Positions 1 through 9,461 of a DNA stretch of 64,000 nucleotides are shown piece after piece. Each line of letters starts with the position of its first letter. Position 1 is the first letter of the stretch. The translations under genes and the position numbers were made by a program. The notes under the pieces were generated by a model. That model was not told the origin of the DNA. It did no database searches and worked only from the letters and a program-made list of their open reading frames with translations. The DNA comes from a virus, in IMG/VR virus record IMGVR_UViG_3300030329_004888, positions 5,508 to 69,507 of that record; one strand, 5' to 3'.

Positions 1-2653
1 TTCCACCTCTACGATCGACCCCTCGGTTCCCGAAATACCTATCAGTAGGACGATTCGGATCCCTCCAGTAGTCGTCTGCGCTGCCCATTCTTGGACCGTA
101 GATTTCTTCCAATCTAAGCAGCAGGGCTTCTTTTTCTTCGGGGTCTAAGTCGCTTTTTTCGATCTCTAACTCCTGCGATACCCGGTTGGCCTCCTGCTCG
201 TAGGAGGTGACGTCTTCGCCAAATTGCTGGCCACGCCCCGCTAAAGTTTGACGACCATCATATCTTCCGGTCAGGCCCGCTTCAGTGGCGCCTCGAGCTA
301 CCCGTTGTGTTTCGAGATCGTCTTCCATCCGTGTTCGCGCCATCGTGTCTTCGGTGCCCAGTCTCCCTAATCGGTCCGCCTCGCCAAATTCTCGCTGGAG
401 CGTTTTAGTTGGCCCACCGGGACCGACGAGACTACCTGTTAGCTCAGCCCGAGTGAAATCTTCGCCCTGGCGAGCTTGGCGGATACTCTCCTCAAACATC
501 TCCCGCTGCGTTGGCGCCGTCTGTGTTAGCTGACGCGCTAACGTCCGGTCTGCAACATTCTGTTGGAGGTCGGCCGCGTCAAACTGGAGCCCGGCTTGCG
601 CTAACCGCGCCGGTAGTGTGGCTGCTCCACGCAATGACCCGGTCAGCTCAGACTCGCGGAAATCTCTGGCGTCGATACCCTCCTGACGAGTCATGGCGTC
701 GCCGATCGCTTGGCGTTGTAGATCCTGCTCGGCCATCGATATCTGATCGCGGCGCTGCTGGAACGGCATCACATCGCCAATAGCCTCACGGCGCATCTGA
801 CCCTCCATCCCGGCGCGTTGGTCGCGCTGCGATGCTAACCCGGACACATCGCCGATAGCCTGGCGCTCGAGCTCTTGGTTCAGAGATTCGAGGCGATCAC
901 GACGACCTTGATATCCTAATGCGTCGGCGATCGCTTGAGACTGCATGTCGTAGCCTAATGCATCGACGTCGAGCATCTGCTGATCTCGACCGCGTGTTAG
1001 CTCGTTAAAGACATCGGCCGTATCGCCGCCCCGTAATACTCCCAACCGGTTGAGCATTTCACGGCCCTCGTCCATCGATCGTCCATAGCGCTCTTCCACC
1101 CGCGCCCGCTGTGCTGCCATAGCCGGGTTCTCCCCGCCCATCAATCTATTCCTGATAACCTCTTCTGCCGCTCCTGACAGCTCGCTCCCGATAGGCACTG
1201 TTCGCCGCCCGCCTTCCTCGAGTCGGAGCATCGCTGCCCGCTCCGCAGCGTCTAAGCCTTCCGACTCCCCTAAGTAAGAGTCTTGCTGTAAGCGCCGCAG
1301 CGCTTGCGCTTCGCCTTCGTTTGTCAATCCTGATTGGGGATCCAGAAACCTGCCGCCCGTTAACCGATCGGTCAGTCTCTCGCCGATGGCCTGCTCCATC
1401 GCAGACTCTGTGCGCTCTGGCACCGAGACTGCCGTGACATCAGGGAGCGATAGGTTTTCAACTGCTGCTCGGCCCGCCTCCTCTGCCCGCTGTCCCATCA
1501 ATTGCAGGACGTTCTGTTGATTCCCTCGCAGCGCGTCGTCGCTCTGCAAGTCTAAGGCGGCGCCCCTACTAAGCTGCTGGTCGATTTCCGTATTCAGACC
1601 GCTCCCTTGTATGGCTTGGGGACCGGTAATCGTCTCTGCCGCCAGCGGAATATCCCCCGAAGATGCCGCGTTTGAAAATGCAGCCTGCGTTGGATCGCGC
1701 TGATCAATAGCCTCGGTAGACCCGGTCTGAGTCTCTACCGTTGCTTGTTGTTGCCTTAAGAGGTTCTTGCGCTCCTGTTCATCCATCGCAGTTTGAGGAT
1801 CTTTTTTTGGACCCGTAACACTCACTTGGGCCGGGTCAGTAATCCAATGGACCCGCGAGCTGCCAGGGCGGCGCGTGTAGAATCCGCCGTTAGGATCTTC
1901 ATAAACCGGAAACCCTTCGTGCATGCGGCCCGCGACTTTAGATCCGCCACGGTCATCGACGTCTGGCCAGTCTGTCACCGTGCCGTCTCCAGTATCAGCA
2001 GTATCTGTTCCGCCGCCCGCTAACATGGTGTCGATATAATCAGAGCGATCCTGCTGAACCGTGGACACCTGCTGCTTTTCGCCCGCTGCTGCCATTACCG
2101 CTGATGGGTCCAGCTGTGCTCCAGTAGCTAACGTTTTCGGGCCTCCGCTTGCTCCCATTGCTGCCGCCTGAGCTGCCGCTGGAGCTACCGCCCCCACGTT
2201 CCGAGCGGCAGCTCCCATTGCTGCCGCTGGAGTCGGAGGCGCAGGACCGCCGTCTCGATTTCCCGAAGAAACCTGAGTCTTCCCCGACGACGCTGCCTGA
2301 GCTCCCATTGCTGCCGCAGGAGTGGCTGCTCCACGGGCCATCGCTGCCGCTGGATCGACTGCCCCCACGTTCCGAGCTGCCGTTCCCATTGCTGCCGCTG
2401 GATCGACTGCCCCCGCATTCTGGACCACCGCTCCCATTGCTGCTGCCGGGGCCACTGCTTCTGGCGCCAGTCGCTCGCCGATCGCGTCTGCCTTGGACAT
2501 CGTCTCAAACGGCGATGCTTTTTTGGGCGCCGCAGCAGAGCCCTGGGTGAACGGGTTCCCCTTAGCCGCAGTAGAGCCCTGGGTGAACGGGTTCCCCTTA
2601 GCTGTCGGGCGCTTTTTCTTCTTTTTAGCGCTTTGTCCATGCATCATCATCAT
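1..2653 (-). CDS. Large internal virion/DNA-ejection protein (3'-truncated; missing from ORF track)
   Basis: ATG run at 2642-2653 directly after the nozzle gene; same frame reads open in the N-terminal part I translated and at the window edge; contains LNRLGVLRGGD, matching LQSMGALRSGD of the syntenic 37171-40083 protein. Confidence 0.75.
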   Translation of the reverse strand, partial: MMMMHGQSAKKKKKRPTAKGNPFTQGSTAAKGNPFTQGSAAAPKKASPFETMSKADAIGERLAPEAVAPAAAMGAVVQNAGAVDPAAAMGTAARNVGAVDPAAAMARGAATPAAAMGAQAASSGKTQVSSGNRDGGPAPPTPAAAMGAAARNVGAVAPAAAQAAAMGASGGPKTLATGAQLDPSAVMAAAGEKQQVSTVQQDRSDYIDTMLAGGGTDTADTGDGTVTDWPDVDDRGGSKVAGRMHEGFPVYEDPNGGFYTRRPGSSRVHWITDPAQVSVTGPKKDPQTAMDEQERKNLLRQQQATVETQTGSTEAIDQRDPTQAAFSNAASSGDIPLAAETITGPQAIQGSGLNTEIDQQLSRGAALDLQSDDALRGNQQNVLQLMGQRAEEAGRAAVENLSLPDVTAVSVPERTESAMEQAIGERLTDRLTGGRFLDPQSGLTNEGEAQALRRLQQDSYLGESEGLDAAERAAMLRLEEGGRRTVPIGSELSGAAEEVIRNRLMGGENPAMAAQRARVEERYGRSMDEGREMLNRLGVLRGGDTADVFNELTRGRDQQMLDVDALGYDMQSQAIADALGYQGRRDRLESLNQELERQAIGDVSGLASQRDQRAGMEGQMRREAIGDVMPFQQRRDQISMAEQDLQRQAIGDAMTRQEGIDARDFRESELTGSLRGAATLPARLAQAGLQFDAADLQQNVADRTLARQLTQTAPTQREMFEESIRQARQGEDFTRAELTGSLVGPGGPTKTLQREFGEADRLGRLGTEDTMARTRMEDDLETQRVARGATEAGLTGRYDGRQTLAGRGQQFGEDVTSYEQEANRVSQELEIEKSDLDPEEKEALLLRLEEIYGPRMGSADDYWRDPNRPTDRYFGNRGVDRRGG
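2150..2602. repeat. Coding repeats (AAAMG; AKGNPFTQGS x2)
   Basis: ctcccattgctgccgc-type units recur several times; ccctgggtgaacgggttccccttagc at 2541 and 2577. Confidence 0.8.
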
Positions 2654-2655
2654 AA

Positions 2656-4218
2656 TTAAATCATCCCTGCTTTTTGTTTGCGCCGTCGCCCGATCACCTT
2701 GTATTGCAGGTGAGTGCGCCGTACTCTATACGGCTCATTACTATTGTTGTTGGTAAATAACAGCGAGCTATGAGGATCATAGCCACGCAGCTCAAGATCT
2801 TTTGAAACCATCCGCGTAGTACCCAGCTTAGAGGTTCCGAGAGTAAATGAGTCCAATGCTGCGCCTCCTAAAACCGTTTTAAACGTGCCACTATGGACGC
2901 CGACCCCTTGTGACTCTTGGTCGATCGTTATTGTATACTCGCCGAGCGCGTCGAAATAAGTTTTGGCATAGAGCCATCGCAAATCGACATCTGCGCCGTA
3001 AGGGGCCGCGGCCCCCGTCATGAAATACGAATCGTTTTTAGATCCATCGTCGGTATAGAGATTCTCGGGGGCATGATCATACAACACTCCCGTATAACTC
3101 CCCGCATGCGGCTTGCCGTCAATAATAGCAGCACAGTTGCGTTCCAAGTTGGTGCCATTGCGATACGGACCATACCACGCCATACGCGTAGTGCCCGTTG
3201 ACGGGTCTTGGTATAGATGTTTAGTAGACAGCACCATTATGTCATTCATCTTAGTTTTGCCGCTGCCGTAGGTCAGCCAAAACCACACCTCGTCCTCAGT
3301 CGCCCAGTATACCGCAAAACATTGTGACAGCCGGGACGTTACAACATTATCCCAATACCCCTCATCAAGCGCATAGCTGATGCGCTCAATCGTGTCTCCG
3401 CCTGTCCACATGTATATGCCGTCGTCCAGCGGGAACACCTGGACATTGCCTGGCAATACGATTACAGCTCGTCCAGATATAGTTCCGCCGCGCTGAGGGT
3501 TACGAGGATCTGAGCTGGTACGTTGCTGGACCTGATACGGGATTTGACTATTGCCTGTTGGTATCAATGTGTATAACGCGTCTTCGGTGTGGACCGACAA
3601 TGCATTTTGCATCGGGACCAGCGCAGTAATAGGAGCGCCGAAATTGTAGAACGCGGTGCTGCCCCATGTCTCCGGGTCGCCCGCGTCGCTATACCATAGT
3701 CGGTCGCTGTTAGCGTTAGTGTATCCCATCCATACGCGGTTATCCCAGTAGCCAACGTGCTTAGCCGTGGTGAATCTACTGTCTACGTCAAGCGCGGATA
3801 TGTTGCCGCTGCCTGTCCATTTGATTGGCCCGTTGACGCCGTTGGTTAAGACCAACTTGTCAAATGCTCGGACCCACTCAAATGTATTATCATCGCCAGC
3901 TGTAATTGTCACGGTCGATGTCCGGTCTACCCAGCCATCATCAAACTCATAGAATTTTGTGCCCGCAGTGGCAAACACTTTAGCGGCGCCGCCAGGAATT
4001 TGAAATTCGCCGACGCTCGTAAACGTCGGCGGTCCAGAAATCGCCGCCGTGCTTTCGTACTTCGCGGTCCCGTGGCGACGCTCAACTGCCGCCGCCGCAT
4101 TTAACCGCGTGTTCTGCATTTTTTGCAACCCGTTTGCCGTAATGTCTTCTGGGGGGAGGTCATACCGCACCCCTTGTCCCCATGGTCCATACTGCACGGT
4201 TTCAGCGTCAATGGCCAT
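2656..4218 (-). CDS. Tail nozzle / DNA-stabilisation protein (P22 gp10 / T7 gp12-like position)
   Basis: Beta-propeller-like repeats (YWDNRVW, DRLWYSDAGDPETW); follows the adaptor; clear homolog at 40086-41702. Confidence 0.7.
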   Translation of the reverse strand: MAIDAETVQYGPWGQGVRYDLPPEDITANGLQKMQNTRLNAAAAVERRHGTAKYESTAAISGPPTFTSVGEFQIPGGAAKVFATAGTKFYEFDDGWVDRTSTVTITAGDDNTFEWVRAFDKLVLTNGVNGPIKWTGSGNISALDVDSRFTTAKHVGYWDNRVWMGYTNANSDRLWYSDAGDPETWGSTAFYNFGAPITALVPMQNALSVHTEDALYTLIPTGNSQIPYQVQQRTSSDPRNPQRGGTISGRAVIVLPGNVQVFPLDDGIYMWTGGDTIERISYALDEGYWDNVVTSRLSQCFAVYWATEDEVWFWLTYGSGKTKMNDIMVLSTKHLYQDPSTGTTRMAWYGPYRNGTNLERNCAAIIDGKPHAGSYTGVLYDHAPENLYTDDGSKNDSYFMTGAAAPYGADVDLRWLYAKTYFDALGEYTITIDQESQGVGVHSGTFKTVLGGAALDSFTLGTSKLGTTRMVSKDLELRGYDPHSSLLFTNNNSNEPYRVRRTHLQYKVIGRRRKQKAGMI

Positions 4219-5129
4219 TACGATACCGTAACCAACGTGTTGTCAACGATGATCCCAAACGGAGATGTCGCGCCAGACGACACTGATGGATACGATCGAT
4301 TGCCCTGCATACGTAGATTTTGCCGCAGCGCCAACTCGAGGACTCGATTGAGTTCCATCGCTTCTCTCGCGCTCCCTGCGTCGTCACCCTTTTCTGCCAA
4401 GTATAACTTAGAGGCGCCGTAGACACACGCGCCCTCGAGTATTTGCGGGAGGCCCAACGTCAAAAACTCACTGCCGTCATTGGCCGCAGCCCATGACGTT
4501 AGCGCTATGCGATACCGGACGCGGATAACTTCCGCCGTGGTATCAGGGGCCCTCCATAACTCTATCGTCGGATATCCAGTGTGCACATCGACGCCGCCAA
4601 CCAATACTGTCTCGACGGTCCCGGTCTCGGTCTGGTCCTCCGTTAGGAGATCATACGAGTCTGGGCCAACAACTACTAATGCGCGTTCGTTGGTTTCATC
4701 GTAAAATGAATGCCATGCTCCTACCGCTGACTCGATCGGCGTATAGATTCGTGTTGCAGCGGAGCTTTTAAATGTTGCAGAGCCCGCCCCCGAAATAGAC
4801 ACTGTCTCATCAGCCGTAAACGACCCGGTCGGACTGTATACGTATATCTCGTTTTTGACGTCGCTATAGCCGTCGATCTTAGCGGTCTTGCCAGACGACA
4901 GGCCCGTTATGGTTGCGTCCGCCGCAAACGCTCCTGTGTCACTGGTTACCGTTAGCGTATCGGTCGTGCGGAACGTGGCGGTGCGGTCCAACCACCACCA
5001 GTCAACCAGGTTTGAAACCTCCACCGCTGTCAGGTTGATGTAGTTCCGCGCCTCGTTTTTGAAATCAACATTGGTAGTGTCCAACCCAACACGGTTGAGC
5101 ACCATCGTGATCGCTTCGCCCAGTGTCAT
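4218..5129 (-). CDS. Head-tail adaptor / tail tubular protein A-like
   Basis: MTLGEAITMVLNRVG start, WWWL motif, C-terminal VYGASKLYLAEKGDD; homolog at 41702-42640. Confidence 0.65.
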   Translation of the reverse strand: MTLGEAITMVLNRVGLDTTNVDFKNEARNYINLTAVEVSNLVDWWWLDRTATFRTTDTLTVTSDTGAFAADATITGLSSGKTAKIDGYSDVKNEIYVYSPTGSFTADETVSISGAGSATFKSSAATRIYTPIESAVGAWHSFYDETNERALVVVGPDSYDLLTEDQTETGTVETVLVGGVDVHTGYPTIELWRAPDTTAEVIRVRYRIALTSWAAANDGSEFLTLGLPQILEGACVYGASKLYLAEKGDDAGSAREAMELNRVLELALRQNLRMQGNRSYPSVSSGATSPFGIIVDNTLVTVS

Positions 5130-5371
5130 ATCAGATTCGCCCAGCTTCCGTTTTCGTATGCTTGCATTTTGTTTGTTGTCGTGTTGTAGATCATCATACC
5201 GTTAGCTGCCGTCACTGCGTCGCGCTCAGTCGATGTCAGGTTGGCAACGCGAATCGTTGACCCGATGGCCAACGTCTCTACGTCCGCCGCTCCCAACAAC
5301 GCGGTCTGTCCAAAAAAGTTGGCCGCGTTGGACTGCCCTTGGACAGTTTCATCGCGTCGCGCTATCGTCAA
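5126..5371 (-). CDS. Small virion protein with tail-fibre-type motif
   Basis: LTSTERDA..ANGMMIYNTTTNKMQAYENGSW; homolog at 42637-42912. Confidence 0.7.
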   Translation of the reverse strand: MTIARRDETVQGQSNAANFFGQTALLGAADVETLAIGSTIRVANLTSTERDAVTAANGMMIYNTTTNKMQAYENGSWANLI

Positions 5372-6048
5372 TTTACCATGCCCTCATCACCCACGGTGAA
5401 CGAGTCGGCCATAATGCCGTAGCGCACGTTGGTATCCATTTTCTTTCCTTGGCTTTTCAAATCGAGCCAGTGTTTGTAATGCTCCGTCTTGACCGGCCTG
5501 CCGTCGGGCCCCTTGAGGGCTTTCTCCGGATCAGGGCATGTAGTAACGCCATCCGCAGCGACAAACTTTGGAATGTAACTGGGCGGCAGAGGTTCAAATC
5601 CTTTTTGGTGCGCAACTTCGACCCCTCCGTGTACGCGGAGCGCTGGTTCCGCGCTATAATTTCGAGTATAGTCTCCGCTCGGCGGCACTGCTGCTGATTC
5701 CAAGTCAAGCATTTTCCGCAGGTCAGGAGACTGTGATGCGGTGTGGACTACTTGACGGACAATGTCCGGATCTTTAAGTGCTGCTATCAGCGCTTCTTTG
5801 TTGATCGCTGCCGGTGCTGTCGGAACCGGGGCCTGTAGCTCTGGAGCAATATCGACTAATGGTTTCAATTTCGATTGTTCTTCGTTGATGGCTTCAATTT
5901 TTTTAACTGCGTCCGGGTCCGGCTCGCCGGTCAGTGTGCCTATCGGCTGGCCCATTGCGTCATACTGCTCATTTGTTGCCAAGATATTTTCTCCCCTGAA
6001 AAAAGATATGAGCAGCGAGGCATACGCCCCGCCGCTCATCTCCGTCAC
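5368..6048 (-). CDS. Hypothetical protein
   Basis: Coupled in the late operon; syntenic with 42899-43351. Confidence 0.65.
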   Translation of the reverse strand: MTEMSGGAYASLLISFFRGENILATNEQYDAMGQPIGTLTGEPDPDAVKKIEAINEEQSKLKPLVDIAPELQAPVPTAPAAINKEALIAALKDPDIVRQVVHTASQSPDLRKMLDLESAAVPPSGDYTRNYSAEPALRVHGGVEVAHQKGFEPLPPSYIPKFVAADGVTTCPDPEKALKGPDGRPVKTEHYKHWLDLKSQGKKMDTNVRYGIMADSFTVGDEGMVN

Positions 6049-6051
6049 TGC

Positions 6052-6564
6052 TTAGTTGCTAACATTGTTGACAAACGGATGTGAAATGCTGGATAAAGTC
6101 GTGCCGCCTGAATCAGCAGCTACCGCATACGCTCCATAAATCACATCGCCAGCCACCACAGTATCATCTACGCTACTGGCCGTAGCAGTCAGATACAGCT
6201 GCGCCCCGTCAGCCACATCGCCGCTGGTAATGGCGACCGTTCCGTCAATGCAATACCAACCATACTGGTTGGCCACATTGGCGCTCATCGCCACTCCGCA
6301 CTTGCCTACAGCATTCGCTGAAGGTCGCGACGTAGTGAACCCAGCTCCGTCGATCAGAACCAAGTTCCCCGCTGCCGTACTGGCAACGCCTTTACAATAC
6401 ACAAACGTCATGTCTCCATACCCCGGATTGTCAATGTCCCTCGCTTGTACGCGAGATCCCAATGGGACAGGAAGTGGAGTAACGTCTGGGTCAGCAATTG
6501 CGGCCGACGTCTCCGCAATTCCTTGATCAAAAGTTGTTTCCCCGACCATCTTCCAAGTAGCCAT
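6052..6564 (-). CDS. Capsid decoration/cement-like protein
   Basis: Directly after MCP; Gly/Ala-rich, NQYGWYCIDG motif; homolog at 43415-44215. Confidence 0.6.
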   Translation of the reverse strand: MATWKMVGETTFDQGIAETSAAIADPDVTPLPVPLGSRVQARDIDNPGYGDMTFVYCKGVASTAAGNLVLIDGAGFTTSRPSANAVGKCGVAMSANVANQYGWYCIDGTVAITSGDVADGAQLYLTATASSVDDTVVAGDVIYGAYAVAADSGGTTLSSISHPFVNNVSN

Positions 6565-6583
6565 GTGTTATCTCCTTCTTGGC

Positions 6584-7570
6584 TTAGACGCCGGTTATAG
6601 CTGTCGCAACACCGTTGCGACGCCTGTTGTTTGTGATTAGCTGAAGTCCGGCAACTAAATAACTCAGCTGCGCCAGCTGTCCGTTAGATTGCAATGAGAC
6701 AAACGGCGTCTTTTTGAAGTTCGCTTGTTTCATTACTCGAAGTTGGACAGAGCTCGTATCAATATGATAGCTGTGCAACGATGCTATATCATTGTCAGCG
6801 ATGACCTCAGCGCCCATATACCTCGGGAACTCTGGGCCTTTGATCCCTTCTACGTTCGAGAGCGATACCTCTCCATATCCGGTGCTTGCCAGCGCGGTGC
6901 GGTAGGCAGAGGCGATCGAATATGTAGTGACGATAGCATCGTTTTTCCCGCCCTGAATCCTGCACAGATCCATGATGGCGTTCCACGCAACGAACCCGTC
7001 AAAAATGGTATCTACAGTGTCCGTCGTAAACGTCTTTGACGCGGTATACCGCTGGCTTTCCCAGCTCGCGGTATCAGCTGGATCTATACCTCCTAATACC
7101 TCATTGGCAGAATCAGCCATGATGTCTTGGTAACCGATAATCGATTTTCCCGATTGATTACCGCAAATATCTTCGTTAATGGATTTCAGCAACGAGTTCA
7201 TTGCGTTGTCGCCAAGACCTTTCAGAAGATCGAAAACTTGTTCTTTGCCGCTGTTCTGCCAGTTGGTCGTGTCGTCCAGGACAATAGGCACTGCATAGTA
7301 TCGCCTGTTGTAATGGGCTGACTGAAATGGATCTGCCGGAGTTTTTGAAAGCGGATCGTATCCGTCAAAAGCCTCCGCGGTTGAAGATCCGGTCTCGATG
7401 ATGACGGAAATTTCTTTGCCGCCACCGTCCATGATCTGCATGCCGCGCCGCCGATGAAACCCAAGTGCGTTATAGGCTTCAAAGACGTTGTCGATTTGTT
7501 TTGAATCGACCGTGCGCCGGGTGCTCGACCACCTCGAATCCCAGACCTCGCTGGTCGTCTGTCCTGCCAT
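6584..7570 (-). CDS. Major capsid protein
   Basis: 328 aa after scaffold; GGKEI, FDGYDPL, QLITNNRRRNG motifs shared with 44274-45272. Confidence 0.85.
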   Translation of the reverse strand: MAGQTTSEVWDSRWSSTRRTVDSKQIDNVFEAYNALGFHRRRGMQIMDGGGKEISVIIETGSSTAEAFDGYDPLSKTPADPFQSAHYNRRYYAVPIVLDDTTNWQNSGKEQVFDLLKGLGDNAMNSLLKSINEDICGNQSGKSIIGYQDIMADSANEVLGGIDPADTASWESQRYTASKTFTTDTVDTIFDGFVAWNAIMDLCRIQGGKNDAIVTTYSIASAYRTALASTGYGEVSLSNVEGIKGPEFPRYMGAEVIADNDIASLHSYHIDTSSVQLRVMKQANFKKTPFVSLQSNGQLAQLSYLVAGLQLITNNRRRNGVATAITGV

Positions 7571-7602
7571 TTTAGATATCTTCCTTCAAATTTCTCCCCC
7601 GC

Positions 7603-8532
7603 TTACAGCGTCGCTTCGATCTCGGCGAGCGCCTGCTCTCGCGTAATACTACCGCCCGATTCCGCTATCCCAGGCGAACCGCTCTGTGCCGCAGAGGCTC
7701 GCTTTGCAGTGTTTCGCAAAGCTCGCTGTTGCCCGATCGCGTCTGTGCGATCATTAAGTGCTCGCTTAGTAGCCAGCGCCATTGCTTCTGCTACGGTATA
7801 CGCTTCTCCCGTATCGGCGTTCTCCGTGCGAGTCAACGCTGCGGCCACGGCGCGGTGCCGTGGATCCCAATCGTCTACCCGTCCGAATATCGCCTCGGCC
7901 GCTTCGATCTGGGCGTTAGCCTCCGATCGAGCTTGAGCTGTCTGTGCCTGAGTGACTCGGTCAACCGCTGCTGTCGTAGTTGATAGCTGGTCCAAATACG
8001 GTTTATACGGTTCGAGCGCTGCCGCCACTTGGCGATCAGCGATCTCTTGCGCCCGCTCTTGGACAAGCTGGTCCACTACGGTCAGGCCCCGCGCCTCGTC
8101 TGGCCCTAACTGAGCTGCCAGCGCTTGTACGGGGTCTACCTGCTGCGATTGGTTATACTGCGCGAGATGCTGGTTGAGCTGCTGTTGCGTTTCGAGCACT
8201 GCTGCACGATCTGCCTCAACGGCTCGACGCTCATCTGCAACGGCCTGCATCTTGCGGGTGTAATCCGCGAGGCGCAATCCGTCTCCGGAACCATCTGCTC
8301 CCGCTGCTGCCGGGGAAGTAGTGGTTGTGGTTTGTGCTGCCGTGTTGTTTCCTGCGTCTGTGCCGTTACCAGCGGCGGTCGGGTGCTCTGCACTTTGCGA
8401 GTCAGAATCGGACGTCCCAATATCAGGCTCGACAAACCCCATCCCCATTTCGTTGACGGATTCGGAACCCGAGTCGTTACTGTCCGGTTGCTCTGAGCTG
8501 GCCGCAGAATCGACGGCGACGGCTTCGGTCAT
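7603..8532 (-). CDS. Scaffolding protein
   Basis: Acidic N-terminus, ADYTRKMQAVA motif, coiled coil, upstream of MCP. Confidence 0.75.
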   Translation of the reverse strand: MTEAVAVDSAASSEQPDSNDSGSESVNEMGMGFVEPDIGTSDSDSQSAEHPTAAGNGTDAGNNTAAQTTTTTSPAAAGADGSGDGLRLADYTRKMQAVADERRAVEADRAAVLETQQQLNQHLAQYNQSQQVDPVQALAAQLGPDEARGLTVVDQLVQERAQEIADRQVAAALEPYKPYLDQLSTTTAAVDRVTQAQTAQARSEANAQIEAAEAIFGRVDDWDPRHRAVAAALTRTENADTGEAYTVAEAMALATKRALNDRTDAIGQQRALRNTAKRASAAQSGSPGIAESGGSITREQALAEIEATL

Positions 8533-8563
8533 GATACTCTCCTACCTGTTTAGCGGGACCAGG

Positions 8564-9040
8564 TTAAAACCCTGGTCCATCATCTATGTCCCGGTCTAAG
8601 TTTCCAGTTTCCTTCCAATCGACCCGGTCCTTATCGATCAGATTTGTAATCTCCTCTTCTGAATCTGCGATAATAACATCGCTGTGGCCGCTCTGCGCCT
8701 CTGCTTGTGCGTTCCGGGCGCTTTCAGCATCTGCCATAATATGATCACGGCTCTGCGGGCGCCCAACATCCTCGAGCCCTTGGTCGCGCAAAACTTTCTG
8801 CCGGTGTCCGTAGCTGCTGTATTCAACGCCGGTCTGCGGATCCGGAAAGCCCTTGTTGTATCCGCGTTCGCTGGAAGAAAAATTCCAACGCACCATGTTG
8901 TTGAATCCCCCAAGATGTTTTTGCGCTTGGTCTCCGCAACGAGGGCACTCTACGCTGTCCTTAATGTCCTTATAGCTCACAGACATTTCATCCTCGATCA
9001 AGTGGCCGCACTTACATTCGTAATCATGGAATACTGGCAT
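8564..9040 (-). CDS. FmdB-like zinc-ribbon protein
   Basis: MPVFHDYECKCG...CPRCG; homolog at 46199-46618. Confidence 0.7.
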   Translation of the reverse strand: MPVFHDYECKCGHLIEDEMSVSYKDIKDSVECPRCGDQAQKHLGGFNNMVRWNFSSSERGYNKGFPDPQTGVEYSSYGHRQKVLRDQGLEDVGRPQSRDHIMADAESARNAQAEAQSGHSDVIIADSEEEITNLIDKDRVDWKETGNLDRDIDDGPGF

Positions 9041-9461
9041 CGCCCTGTCCCTCTCGTGAATTCATAACTTCTTCCAATTGCGTCATTAGCTCTGGGGGCA
9101 AGATCTCCGACAATACTAAGTCGGGCGGGATCTCACCGCCGAAAAACGCCATGTCCAGATACCCAGGTATCGAGATCTCTTTGCCGTGTCGGATCATATA
9201 ATCCAACAACGGGTCGTCGGACTGACTGCCGATCGGCGCCGATCCGTGATCTTCGGCCGAGGCAATCCCCTGGCCCTCGGTCGGCATCGCGTTAGCAGAT
9301 TGAGCGCCGATCGCGCCCAAAATAGTCTGCTGATTGCCGGTCGGGCTATCGGCCCTCGGCCCACGAGGGTCGATCGATTCCGCCTGCGAATTCATAAATC
9401 CGTCTCCGGGTAGTTGGCGCGTCAGCCGCGCCGGTTTGAAATTGTTTCCACGCGTCTTCAA
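9024..9461 (-). CDS. Hypothetical protein (start uncertain, possibly ~9395)
   Basis: Fills the gap between the 908-aa gene and the Zn-ribbon gene. Confidence 0.5.
   Translation of the reverse strand: MKTRGNNFKPARLTRQLPGDGFMNSQAESIDPRGPRADSPTGNQQTILGAIGAQSANAMPTEGQGIASAEDHGSAPIGSQSDDPLLDYMIRHGKEISIPGYLDMAFFGGEIPPDLVLSEILPPELMTQLEEVMNSREGQGDASIP

Noticed and set aside
2150-2602. Regularly spaced repeats as a CRISPR array
   Set aside because: They are in-frame coding repeats of variable spacing within the ejection gene; no cas genes are present
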